Source: a virus (taxonomy: Duplodnaviria > Heunggongvirae > Uroviricota > Caudoviricetes). Taken from it: a stretch of 64,000 bases of DNA. The DNA lies in the IMG/VR virus record IMGVR_UViG_2925939204_000001; one strand, given 5' to 3'. The notes beneath the pieces are model-generated. The model had not been told where the DNA came from. It searched no databases and worked only from the letters and a program-made list of their open reading frames with translations. A program made the position numbers and the translations under genes. Positions 18,050 through 27,132 of the stretch are shown piece after piece; the stretch's first letter is position 1, and the number at the start of each line of letters is the position of its first letter.

Positions 18050-19047
18050 TGGACGCAGTAACTATCAATAACAAACCATTCCCGACTCTCGAATATAAAA
18101 ATCAGCGTGTAGTGACCTTTGAGATGATTGATGAGGTGCACGAACGTGTTGATGGGGCAGCCAGGGGAACATTTAAGCGAAACAGAAGTCGTTTCATTGA
18201 AGGGGTGGATACTTATGTTATTGATTATTCTGAAAAGGGCTTTTTAAGCCCATTTGGAATTGATGTCCCCCCGCGCGGTTTGCGCGTGTTCACTGAGTCC
18301 GGCTATCTGATGATTGTTAAGTCATTCAATGACGATCTGGCCTGGCAAGTGCAACGTGAGCTGGTAAACAGCTATTTTCGTATTAAGCAATTAATACCGG
18401 AGCACTCACCGCTAAAATCAAAAGCCGAAATCCTGGCCGAAATGGCGCAAATGCATCTTGAGCATGAACGCCGGATCAACGCCGTAAATGCCCAGGTAGC
18501 CGAGGTATCAGCACAAGTATCGATGGTCGCTGAAACACTCGAGCAAATCAAGAAAGGCAATATTCCGGAAGGCTACATTGGCTACCGCCAGCTGGCGGCG
18601 AAATGTGGCCTGACTGAAGCAAAATGTCGCAACCTGGTCAACGCTTACCGGATTCCCACCGATACGCATGAGTTTTTAACTCCCGATGGTTTGCTTGCGC
18701 GACGCTCCATTGTGGCCCTGGCCCCCTTCCGGAAAGCCTTTAAGCAGGTGATGTCGGAGGCAGAACCACGCAATAAACGCTGGTATCATCCAAAGATGGG
18801 GATGTTTCAGGCAATCCACCATCCTGTGCCTGAAAGCCCAAAGGATAATCTGTCACTACATACCGTCAGAGAGAAGATCAGGACTGGATACGCAACAGTG
18901 TGTCGTCGTTCTTCCTGGCCTGAAGGTATATGGGTGTGGCCCGAAGGTGGATCACGAAAGCACTGGCGCACTATCCGGGACGGGAAAATCCATGCTATTG
19001 ATTTAGCGCCAGAGGATATTGTTGCTACGGACTGGATTGTTAGTTAA
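18049..19047 (+). CDS. antirepressor (Ant)-like protein with C-terminal DUF2829-like segment (332 aa)
   Basis: N-terminal Bro-N/ORF6N-like region; central block KKGNIPEGYIGYRQLAAKCGLTEAKCRNLVNAYRIPTDTHEFLTP shared with 51707 paralogue; C-terminus ATVCRRSSW...LAPEDIVATDWIVS. Confidence 0.6.
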   Translation: MDAVTINNKPFPTLEYKNQRVVTFEMIDEVHERVDGAARGTFKRNRSRFIEGVDTYVIDYSEKGFLSPFGIDVPPRGLRVFTESGYLMIVKSFNDDLAWQVQRELVNSYFRIKQLIPEHSPLKSKAEILAEMAQMHLEHERRINAVNAQVAEVSAQVSMVAETLEQIKKGNIPEGYIGYRQLAAKCGLTEAKCRNLVNAYRIPTDTHEFLTPDGLLARRSIVALAPFRKAFKQVMSEAEPRNKRWYHPKMGMFQAIHHPVPESPKDNLSLHTVREKIRTGYATVCRRSSWPEGIWVWPEGGSRKHWRTIRDGKIHAIDLAPEDIVATDWIVS

Positions 19048-19053
19048 TTACTG

Positions 19054-19082
19054 TTGCCCCGGCCTGTCCGGGGCTTTCGTGA
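19054..19082 (+). terminator. rho-independent terminator (GCCCCGG-CCTGT-CCGGGGC + TTTCGT)
   Basis: GC-rich 7-bp stem followed by T-rich tract right after ant stop. Confidence 0.6.
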
Positions 19083-19487
19083 CTAAAAATCTGTTCGCTG
19101 TCGCCATGCGTTTTTTAACTCAGGAATATCCGCCATTTCAATTAACTTGCGAAGTCCAGCACTGACTTTCCCATTGCCAACCATAGCAAGCCAATCTCTT
19201 ACTGCTTTCGGCATGTAGAGCGTTGCAGTTACCGGCTCTTCAACCCTGGCAGGACATCCGCATACAGGCCATTTAACTGATTCCATAACTTCGGATGCCG
19301 GGGTGAGGGCGGGGACATTGAGTATATCTCTACCAGAAAACTGGATAACGATCCGTTCAGCGAGCGAGAGTATCTCACTTTCGGCAAGAATTGATGCCAA
19401 CTGCGCCTCAACAAGAAAGCGACTTGTTGTGTTCAGAGAGTGGCTCTTAGCGCCATTTTTATACGAAACAAAGATTCGATACGCCAT
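19083..19487 (-). CDS. hypothetical small regulator candidate (134 aa)
   Basis: Operator-like motif lies 12-25 nt upstream of its start; contains KWPVCGCP cysteine pair. Confidence 0.5.
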   Translation of the reverse strand: MAYRIFVSYKNGAKSHSLNTTSRFLVEAQLASILAESEILSLAERIVIQFSGRDILNVPALTPASEVMESVKWPVCGCPARVEEPVTATLYMPKAVRDWLAMVGNGKVSAGLRKLIEMADIPELKNAWRQRTDF

Positions 19488-19500
19488 AACTCTAATGATT

Positions 19501-19512
19501 TGTGTTAGAAAA
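19501..19512 (+). promoter_or_regulatory. operator-like motif TGTGTTAGAAAA
   Basis: In divergent intergenic region between 19487 gene and capsid gene; adjacent to AAATCACA element at 19521. Confidence 0.4.
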
Positions 19513-19575
19513 CTAAAATTAAATCACATAACAACATGCGTGTTAATAGATTTTATTTTACTAAACCTATTGACT

Positions 19576-19596
19576 AAATCACAAAGTAGGTATTGT
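19576..19596 (+). promoter_or_regulatory. late-promoter-like element AAATCACA-N7-TATTGT
   Basis: ~50 nt upstream of capsid gene start. Confidence 0.4.
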
Positions 19597-19645
19597 TAGC
19601 CCGTCAAAAGAACCTTCACGCCGCGCCCGAATTTAGGGCTTAACC

Positions 19646-21343
19646 GTGAATAAAAACATTCAGCCAGCTCGTGATCGCGAGCGCGAGATTATGAATCGGG
19701 CGGCAAGCGTCATGGCTATGACCGTCGATCCGACCACCGATGCAGCAGGCAACATGATTGCTGACCAGGCAGTAATGATGGAAAACCTGGATAAAGCAAT
19801 CCAGAAAGTGCCTATGTTTGAAGGCGTAAATCCAGAGGTCGCTCGTCAGATCACTGGTGGGTGGGCTATGTCTCTGCATGAGTATAAACGTCAACATGGT
19901 CATTACCCGGCAAGTGACATCCTGGCGAACGCACACATGGCTCTTGAGCGCCTGATGACTGAATGTGCCAGTGATACCCATGAAGGCACGGGTAAGGCAA
20001 TGTTTGAGTCTGTCGCGCAATCAATGCGTAGCTCTGACGGCGTAATGAAAGTTGCTCAATATGCTGCTCTAATTCTGCCTGCCTCTCTGGGCGCTGCTAC
20101 CAGTGATGCCTGTACTTTTGTTCCTTGTGATCGTGACGAGTCAAATATTTATGAACTGGTCAACGTAGCAGGCACAAAATTCGGCACCTTCAAACAAGGT
20201 GACGAACTGAATATGCAGTCAGCTGGTGTTTATTCTCAAATGAAGCGCCTGTATACCCTTTCCACTAAAGGGGATGGCAGCACCAAAACCTTCCAGTTCG
20301 ACATCCAAAATTTTGAGGGACAATCCTGCCCGCTTCGCGCTGGTTATAACAAACTGCTGATCAACCGCAAACCGTCCAAAGTTGACGACGGCGATGGCAA
20401 CCTTTATTTCAATGCTAAAGACAGCAAAGGTAATGCTTTCTCAGCGACTGCCAAAGTTGCCTATGACACTGGTGTCATTGACATTACATTTACCCAGGCT
20501 CCGCCAGTAGGTACTGAAATTGCTGTTCAGGTCGAAATTAACATCGAGCGCAATCCAAGCCTGATTCCGGTGATCAACCAGGCTATGCGTAAGTACGAAG
20601 TTCGTCCGTCCCAGTACGTACTTGCTTCCGAACACACGGTAATGTCCGCATCCGATTTAAGCCGTGAGCACGGCCTTGAATTAGCGGCACTTCAGTTCTC
20701 CGCGATGCGTAACTGGATCTCCCATGAAACCGACATCATGCGTCTGCGCACCCTGGTATTCCATACCGTTTATGGTCGTGAATTTGATGTGGCTCTGCCG
20801 GAAGCTCAAAACTATGAGTCCTGGGTCGGCCTCCTGCGTCACGCAGTAAACGCTCTGTCTCAAGAAATGGCAAATCGTACCCTGACAACGGGTATTCGTG
20901 GCGGCTTTGCTGGTAGTGACGCCGCGAACTTCCTGCGCTCTCTGCCTCCACAGCACTTCCAGATCGCACCAGGTTACGTTCAGTCGCCGTATGTACAGTA
21001 CATCGGCACCCTGTTTGGCACGATTCGTATTTACGAAGTGCCGCAACCTGTCTGTGAGCAATTCCTGGCACAGGGATATGACTTCGGGCTGGATGACATC
21101 TTCTTCTATGGGCGTGGCGAAGGCATCGGTAAAGCCGGTCTGATTGCTGGTGATGCAGTCCCAGCAATCCCTTACGTTCACGAAACCAATCCGTCTCTCG
21201 TTAACCGTACCACTCTCTGGGGCAGTGCCATCAACGAAGTACATCCTCGCAACGGTGAAAACTACTTCACCCGCCTGCGTCTGACTCGTGCCAAAGAAGG
21301 TGCTATCGACATGCTGACAGGCAAGGTTAACGAAAAAAAGTGA
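19646..21343 (+). CDS. major head (capsid) protein candidate (565 aa, GTG start)
   Basis: Size and position (followed by Ig-like ORF, terminator, sheath gene) fit a P1-like head-sheath-tube block; ends with slippery A_AAA_AAG before the stop. Confidence 0.5.
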   Translation: MNKNIQPARDREREIMNRAASVMAMTVDPTTDAAGNMIADQAVMMENLDKAIQKVPMFEGVNPEVARQITGGWAMSLHEYKRQHGHYPASDILANAHMALERLMTECASDTHEGTGKAMFESVAQSMRSSDGVMKVAQYAALILPASLGAATSDACTFVPCDRDESNIYELVNVAGTKFGTFKQGDELNMQSAGVYSQMKRLYTLSTKGDGSTKTFQFDIQNFEGQSCPLRAGYNKLLINRKPSKVDDGDGNLYFNAKDSKGNAFSATAKVAYDTGVIDITFTQAPPVGTEIAVQVEINIERNPSLIPVINQAMRKYEVRPSQYVLASEHTVMSASDLSREHGLELAALQFSAMRNWISHETDIMRLRTLVFHTVYGREFDVALPEAQNYESWVGLLRHAVNALSQEMANRTLTTGIRGGFAGSDAANFLRSLPPQHFQIAPGYVQSPYVQYIGTLFGTIRIYEVPQPVCEQFLAQGYDFGLDDIFFYGRGEGIGKAGLIAGDAVPAIPYVHETNPSLVNRTTLWGSAINEVHPRNGENYFTRLRLTRAKEGAIDMLTGKVNEKK

Positions 21344-21490
21344 TGGTGGCGAACGTGTCGGTATCACCAACGTCACTTGACGTAGATGAAGGTGAAACTA
21401 TCGCCGCGAACACTTCAAAGGCACAGAAAAAAACAAAGCAGAAGTAAGGCAAAAACACGCCCCTGATTAAGGGGCGGTAAGGAGAAAAAA

Positions 21491-21769
21491 ATGGCAAACA
21501 TTCAAGTAACTATCACGCCACCTGACGCAACAGACAAATCTTTCACTGTTGAGTCAGATCACCCTGATATTGTCCAGGTTGATGGCACTACATGTACCGC
21601 TCTTAAGGCCGGGCAGGCAGTGCTGACAATCAAAACAAATGACGGCAATAAAACCGCACAGTGCACAGTCACTGTTAGGGAGGCACATAAAAGCGTAAGC
21701 ACCGTCAGTGTTGAACCAACTACGAAAGAAGTAACTGTAGGCGATAACTTCACGGTAAGCGAATCCTGA
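21491..21769 (+). CDS. Big_2-type Ig-like domain protein (92 aa)
   Basis: VESDHPDIVQVDGTTCTALKAGQAVLTIKTNDGNKTAQCTVTV matches bacterial Ig-like domain pattern; strong SD AAGGAG. Confidence 0.55.
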   Translation: MANIQVTITPPDATDKSFTVESDHPDIVQVDGTTCTALKAGQAVLTIKTNDGNKTAQCTVTVREAHKSVSTVSVEPTTKEVTVGDNFTVSES

Positions 21770-21774
21770 TCAGA

Positions 21775-21815
21775 GGCTGCCCATTAACCGTGGGCAGCCT
21801 TGCCTCGTTCTCTCG
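21775..21815 (+). terminator. rho-independent terminator (AGGCTGCCCA-TTAACCG-TGGGCAGCCT + T-rich)
   Basis: Perfect 10-bp stem after Ig-like ORF stop. Confidence 0.55.
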
Positions 21816-21836
21816 CTTTAGAGGATAAGAACCAGC

Positions 21837-23495
21837 ATGAATAAGATTAGTTTTTCGGTAGGGCAGGCAGCTGGCGTTGCTGTAATGTCAGTAAATGCTG
21901 ACGCTAACCTCACCAATACCAGCGGTGGCGCATCCGTCTTTGCTGGGCTTGTAATATCGCGTCGTGGCGCACCGGGTAAGGTACTGAAAGTTGACGATAC
22001 GACTTATCAAAGCGTATTAGGTTCACCGATTCACCCTCGCCTGGGCGCGGCATTTGAACCATATCGCCACGTGGAGCGTGCAGTAAAAGGCGGCTCTGGA
22101 TATGTCGTTCGAGTTTGCGCTAAAGACATGAAGGTGCCGGGTATTTCTGTTTCCGTTGTGGGCAAAGCAAAAGCGGCAAAGGCGAGCAAAGAACTTTCCG
22201 TTGAACCTACTGAAACCACAGCAAATCTAGGTGACACATTAAGCGTTGGTGTTGCTCCAACTGCAACGACTCAATCAGTGACCTTCACACCCAAAGAGAC
22301 GCCCCAGATTAAAGGTGGAGAGAAGGCATTATTCTTCATCAAAGATGGTGATGCATCTCAAAATCGCACGTTATCACTAACTCGCGATGATGAAGAAAGC
22401 AAACTCTTTACGCTGACGCTGAAAGAAAAACAAACCGATGGGTCCATTGAGGTGCTGGAAAGCCACCAAGTGTCTTTCAATCCAGAAGGCACCAACGACA
22501 TGGGCCAACCAGCATGGATTCCGACACTGCTTGAAAGCCAGTCCGCTCGCATTGGTGCCGTACTGGCAGATAATGCAGAAGCATCCGCTGCTCAACTCAT
22601 TTTTGAGGATGTGGCTTTTGAAGGTGGTACTGATGGAAATCTGTCCGAAATTGCCGCTGCAGACTATCTGGAAGCATTAAAGGTTCTCGAAGCTTCAGAG
22701 GTTAATTACACCGCATTGCTGTCATTGGGTTGTTATGACGCATCCGCCTTAGCCGCAATCAAAAAGCTGGCTGAAGATGTTCGCGTAGACATGTTCTATG
22801 ACCTGAAGGGCAACCAGACACCTGAAAACGCTATTTCAGAAGCGAAAAGCCATAGTTTTGGCGGCTCACATCAACCAAGCCGTTACTACTTCCCGCTCTC
22901 CTGCCGAGATACTTTCACTGGAATGAATGTCGTCTATGGCATTAGCTGCGACGCATTCGTAGCGAAGGCAAAAGGAGTGGCGCTGGTACCGGATGTTGGT
23001 GGTTGGCATTACGCACCGGCAGGTATATCACGCGCGATTATTGATCGACAGAACATTGCCCGAATTCCAAATATCGGTGCAGTTGATCGTGAAGCGTTCG
23101 TTCTTGCGCGCATTAATCCAGTTTCAGTTGCTGCTGACGGGTCCGTTTACATTGACGACTCTTTAACAACTTACAGCAAAAACAACTATCTGCGATTCCA
23201 GCATGTGTCTTCCTTGATGAACGCCATCGCCAGAGATTTCTATGAAGTAGCTCAGGCGATTAAGCACGAACCGGATGGCATTACCAAAGAAGCGCTAATG
23301 AAAGCAATGACTGAATTGCTTGACCGTTACGTTGCAGCCGGTGCGCTGGTTACTCCACGTGACAAGTCCCAGGGTGAAGATCCATATGTTGTTCAGGTTG
23401 TCCAAAAGGACATCGATCTGTGGGAAGTGCCCTGGTCTGTTTGTCCGACCGGTACAGCTCGCCGAATCGCCGGTAAGCCAATTCTGATGCGCTGA
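21837..23495 (+). CDS. tail sheath protein candidate (552 aa)
   Basis: N-terminal SGGASVFAGLVISRRGAPGKVLKV resembles sheath N-termini; size ~60 kDa. Confidence 0.5.
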   Translation: MNKISFSVGQAAGVAVMSVNADANLTNTSGGASVFAGLVISRRGAPGKVLKVDDTTYQSVLGSPIHPRLGAAFEPYRHVERAVKGGSGYVVRVCAKDMKVPGISVSVVGKAKAAKASKELSVEPTETTANLGDTLSVGVAPTATTQSVTFTPKETPQIKGGEKALFFIKDGDASQNRTLSLTRDDEESKLFTLTLKEKQTDGSIEVLESHQVSFNPEGTNDMGQPAWIPTLLESQSARIGAVLADNAEASAAQLIFEDVAFEGGTDGNLSEIAAADYLEALKVLEASEVNYTALLSLGCYDASALAAIKKLAEDVRVDMFYDLKGNQTPENAISEAKSHSFGGSHQPSRYYFPLSCRDTFTGMNVVYGISCDAFVAKAKGVALVPDVGGWHYAPAGISRAIIDRQNIARIPNIGAVDREAFVLARINPVSVAADGSVYIDDSLTTYSKNNYLRFQHVSSLMNAIARDFYEVAQAIKHEPDGITKEALMKAMTELLDRYVAAGALVTPRDKSQGEDPYVVQVVQKDIDLWEVPWSVCPTGTARRIAGKPILMR

Positions 23496-23532
23496 TTTAT
23501 AACCCCCGCTAAATGATGCGGGGGAGAGAGGT

Positions 23533-24273
23533 TTGAATATGAAAAATTATACTGCTGATCCGTTTATGCGTGCGATTTTCGGTTCTGGCTGCTTTGAAAG
23601 CGGTGATAAATCCACTCAGGACAATAATGATAACGCCATGCTGGAAAGCGCAGGACAGAAAGGAAAGGACACTCAACCAAAGCCCAAAGACGACATTGAA
23701 ACCGCGATGATGGAAGCGGTTGAATCCCGTGCACAAGGTGATATGCGCAGCCTGGCAGCGTCCATGCTTGCTGGTTGGGTTGAAGATGGTGATCCGGAGG
23801 CTGACTCATTTGATGCATTAGCAATCACTATGGCTGGCCTGGCTGATATCGATGAAGGCACCGATTTCACCGATGAACAAATCGATGCTTATAACGATGC
23901 TCTCGCAGCTCTTGCTGATGCAGCTGTTGCGCTTGGCGCTGATCAGGACGATGTAACCGAAATGATCGACGATGAAGATGACTCAGCTGCCGAACGTGTT
24001 TATGACGCTCTTTCCGAAAGCGACACCGACATGATGGAAACAGCTATTGCCATTTACACCGTTGCTGGTGGTGATAGCGCAATGCTGGAAGCGGTACGTA
24101 AAAAAGTGGTTCGTGATGGCAAGGTTACCATCATCCGTAAACGCCCGCGTCCTCGCCGCATGACGTCATTGCAAAAACAGGCGCTGAAAAAAGCACGCCG
24201 CAAAGCACATACATCCGTAGCGAATATCAACCGCAAAAAATCAATGCGCATTCGCAAAAAACGCGGTTTGTAA
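23533..24273 (+). CDS. acidic protein with strongly basic C-terminal tail (246 aa)
   Basis: D/E-rich body; C-terminus RKRPRPRRMTSLQKQALKKARRKAH...RIRKKRGL. Confidence 0.5.
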   Translation: MNMKNYTADPFMRAIFGSGCFESGDKSTQDNNDNAMLESAGQKGKDTQPKPKDDIETAMMEAVESRAQGDMRSLAASMLAGWVEDGDPEADSFDALAITMAGLADIDEGTDFTDEQIDAYNDALAALADAAVALGADQDDVTEMIDDEDDSAAERVYDALSESDTDMMETAIAIYTVAGGDSAMLEAVRKKVVRDGKVTIIRKRPRPRRMTSLQKQALKKARRKAHTSVANINRKKSMRIRKKRGL

Positions 24274-24321
24274 GTGACATAGGCCGCCTGCAAAGGTGGC
24301 CTCTACCTGGGAGAAATAGCT

Positions 24322-24918
24322 GTGTATTGCGGAGCAAGTTTAGCTGATGGCATAAGCCCTTTTTTAAAGGTTTATATTATAAACGAGTCCAATACAGATA
24401 TGGTGGTCGGCTATATTGGAGAAGGTTCGTCGGCGGAATTAGCATCACTATGGCAATCCCCATTTGAAGATAAAGCTATGGGAAGTTTGTTAGGCTCAAT
24501 TAGTGAAGCAGCGTCATCATTTGCCAGCATAGTTCAAAATTTAAGTGGACTGACAAGCAAAAGCCGATTCAATTCCACGTTAATCTGGGAAGGACAACAG
24601 CCACCAGAGTTCAATCTTGTGCTGGATTTCTTAGCAACATCCAATGCAAAAATTGAAGTTAATGACGCAATTACAACCTTATTGAAAATGGCCTCTCCAG
24701 AGTTAAATGACGTTGCGCCAATGGGAAGGATTCCTGAAACAGTCACAATTAATATTGGCAGAAACGTCCTGCTAACTGGCGTTGTTATCAAAAGCGTGAG
24801 TTACCAACTGGACGCCCCGCGCACACCAGAAGGCTATTTCACTCATAACACGGTAACCCTGCAATGCAGCGGTAATACATCGATCAACCGTAGCAATATC
24901 TCATCTGTTTTTGTGTAG
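24322..24918 (+). CDS. hypothetical structural protein (198 aa, GTG start)
   Basis: GGGAGAAA SD before GTG; tail-module context. Confidence 0.45.
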   Translation: MYCGASLADGISPFLKVYIINESNTDMVVGYIGEGSSAELASLWQSPFEDKAMGSLLGSISEAASSFASIVQNLSGLTSKSRFNSTLIWEGQQPPEFNLVLDFLATSNAKIEVNDAITTLLKMASPELNDVAPMGRIPETVTINIGRNVLLTGVVIKSVSYQLDAPRTPEGYFTHNTVTLQCSGNTSINRSNISSVFV

Positions 24919-24926
24919 GAGTATTT

Positions 24927-25418
24927 ATGTCCGGTTTTGCAAATACAAAAGCCGATATGGCCTTTCTAAAATCCCGGTTTAATAAAAACCTGGCTGCAGG
25001 CGAAAAACTTATTGGTTCTGAATATTGGATGACCATTAAGGGTTACGAACATCTGTCTGTACTTGTTCGTTCCACTCAGTTACCAGAAATGACACGCGAA
25101 GATGTGGAGGATTACGCCCCTGGCGGCATGAAATTCAACCAGCACGGACCATTACGCAACTCTGGTGAATTTCAGGTCACATGCGCGGAAACTATCGAAG
25201 GCGCAGTTCTCGCCGCTGTAAAACAGATGGTATACGGAAAAGAATATCTGGAAATTACCTTACAGGCGGCGGCTGAATCGAATAGCGGTAACCATAAAGG
25301 TCTGATCCGCACATATTCTCATTGCAAAGTGTATTCCGACGCCGTGGACTTCTCATCCGAAGACGTAACGGCGGTCGTTAAACCTTCCCTGCGCATTGTT
25401 TACAACTGGGCGGAATAA
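24927..25418 (+). CDS. tail tube protein candidate (163 aa)
   Basis: Size and position downstream of sheath gene; no direct motif. Confidence 0.4.
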   Translation: MSGFANTKADMAFLKSRFNKNLAAGEKLIGSEYWMTIKGYEHLSVLVRSTQLPEMTREDVEDYAPGGMKFNQHGPLRNSGEFQVTCAETIEGAVLAAVKQMVYGKEYLEITLQAAAESNSGNHKGLIRTYSHCKVYSDAVDFSSEDVTAVVKPSLRIVYNWAE

Positions 25419-25472
25419 TCCCTATCCCGCCCTTGTGGCGGGAACATCCTTGTTATTGAGTTGTAGGCAACA

Positions 25473-26024
25473 ATGACACCAATTGAATTATTAGAAAGCG
25501 TTAAAGAGCGATTTAATCCGCTGCTTGTGCGTGAAGAAGAAACGTTGAAAGCATTCCTGATCAAAGCTCTGACCACGTATCAGGACAGGGCAGGGGTAGT
25601 GAAAACGTTAAAACTTGAAAAAGCTGGTGGTACTGCAATCCCGTTGCCAGAAGATTATCTCTCTTTGGTTCATGTTACCGACAACAACGGCTTGTTGGTC
25701 TATTCGGATGAATTATCCGGATTTATTGAATTAGAACTAACAGGTTCAGAACGCTGGCCTTTTCGAATGCTGTATCTGGTTAATCTACGCGACAGAGAGC
25801 TGGATGAATGGCAAGTGCCTCCTGCAATCATTGGAATGCTGGAGGAATATCTGGAGGCGCTTATCAATGTAAGAAATGTCGCCCGGCAGCGTAGAGCGTC
25901 CATCGACGGGAAATTTGACTACTCCGATCTGCCCGATGAAGCCACGCTATATGCCCGCGTGCAGGAGATTGAGGAAAAAATGTCCTCAAACCGGGCCATT
26001 ATTCCGGGGGCTACCATTTTTTAA
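25473..26024 (+). CDS. hypothetical protein (183 aa)
   Basis: ORF with upstream intercistronic hairpin TCCCGCC-CTTGT-GGCGGGA. Confidence 0.5.
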   Translation: MTPIELLESVKERFNPLLVREEETLKAFLIKALTTYQDRAGVVKTLKLEKAGGTAIPLPEDYLSLVHVTDNNGLLVYSDELSGFIELELTGSERWPFRMLYLVNLRDRELDEWQVPPAIIGMLEEYLEALINVRNVARQRRASIDGKFDYSDLPDEATLYARVQEIEEKMSSNRAIIPGATIF

Positions 26025-26039
26025 CGCTGGAGGCGCAGA

Positions 26040-26747
26040 GTGAGTATTTTCAGCAGCGTTGGTAGAACGTTGACCACCGCATTGTCATTTAACACGAAAT
26101 CATTCACCAGCAACCTCATTAGCGACATTCTTGATAAAGCCATATCAGGCGGCGGGGTAAGCGGGAATTACAGTAGCGATATTGCCTACGGGAAAAATAT
26201 TGTTGCTGCCGCTATGCGTATCCGTTACGCCCAGGGGTGGCAGTGGACCGTTGAAGTGGATGGTCTGAACGGCTTCGATATGTTCGTGAAGGATATCACC
26301 TACAGCAGTGGGAACATCGAGACAGAAAGCAAGGTGATCGGCAGCGTAGAATTCAGCAAGCCAACCTATGTTAGCGCCGGACCGGTCACTATGACCGTGA
26401 GGGATACCGAAGATGGCAAGATCATGGACTGGTTCAAAGAGCGTCGTTCTCGTGTAACAAATCCTGATGGAACAATAAACCTTCCTCCGGAATATCTGAT
26501 GAAAATCCGTGTCTACCGGGTAACTCAGGACGGCGGAAAAGAACTGGAAGAAGAAATGCGCGTATTTCCTACTCAACTTGGGGAAATCACCCGCTCACGT
26601 GATCAGGTGTCAGAGTTCTTGTCATACCCAATCACTTTCCAGAAATACACATCCGCAGGCTCAGGTGTTTCTGCTTTGGTCAACGGTGCCGCTGGCATGG
26701 CTACAAGTGCGTTAAAGGGGGCTGTGAGTGGAGTGATCAAATTCTGA
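26040..26747 (+). CDS. hypothetical protein (235 aa)
   Basis: ORF in structural block. Confidence 0.5.
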   Translation: MSIFSSVGRTLTTALSFNTKSFTSNLISDILDKAISGGGVSGNYSSDIAYGKNIVAAAMRIRYAQGWQWTVEVDGLNGFDMFVKDITYSSGNIETESKVIGSVEFSKPTYVSAGPVTMTVRDTEDGKIMDWFKERRSRVTNPDGTINLPPEYLMKIRVYRVTQDGGKELEEEMRVFPTQLGEITRSRDQVSEFLSYPITFQKYTSAGSGVSALVNGAAGMATSALKGAVSGVIKF

Positions 26748-26836
26748 ATAGCTTTAATTATGTGTGCTGGAGGGTTGCTCATTTCCCGTCAGCACCCACG
26801 ACCTCAACGATAGCGGGTAGGGAAGGTAGCGCAATG

Positions 26837-27132
26837 TTGAGGGCATTTTTTACATCATCAATCCATCAGCAATGAAGGCATTCTTTACATATTTCAATAA
26901 TATCAATCAGTTAACACAGTGAATGATAATAAAAAAGCGCAATAAGAATGCACGATACGCACGATATTGGTTGAGGGCGATTTTTACATAATCCTTACAT
27001 ATCAATATGTTATATAAAAACACAACTTGCTAATAACGAGATACATGCAATTAAGATGTAAAAATTGCCCTCAATTGCCGATCGTTAAGGGCAAATTCTA
27101 CACCTTGAGAGGGGTGTAAAAATTGCCCTTAA
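26837..27132. repeat. incA-like iteron cluster downstream of repA (mixed orientation)
   Basis: TTGAGGGCATTTTTTACATC (26837), TTGAGGGCGATTTTTACATAATCC (26971), inverted copies at 27055 and 27112, partial at 27085. Confidence 0.7.

Noticed and set aside
20681-21376. 231-aa and 143-aa minus-strand ORFs within the capsid gene
   Set aside because: Antisense to the long capsid frame; Arg/Cys-rich composition typical of spurious frames
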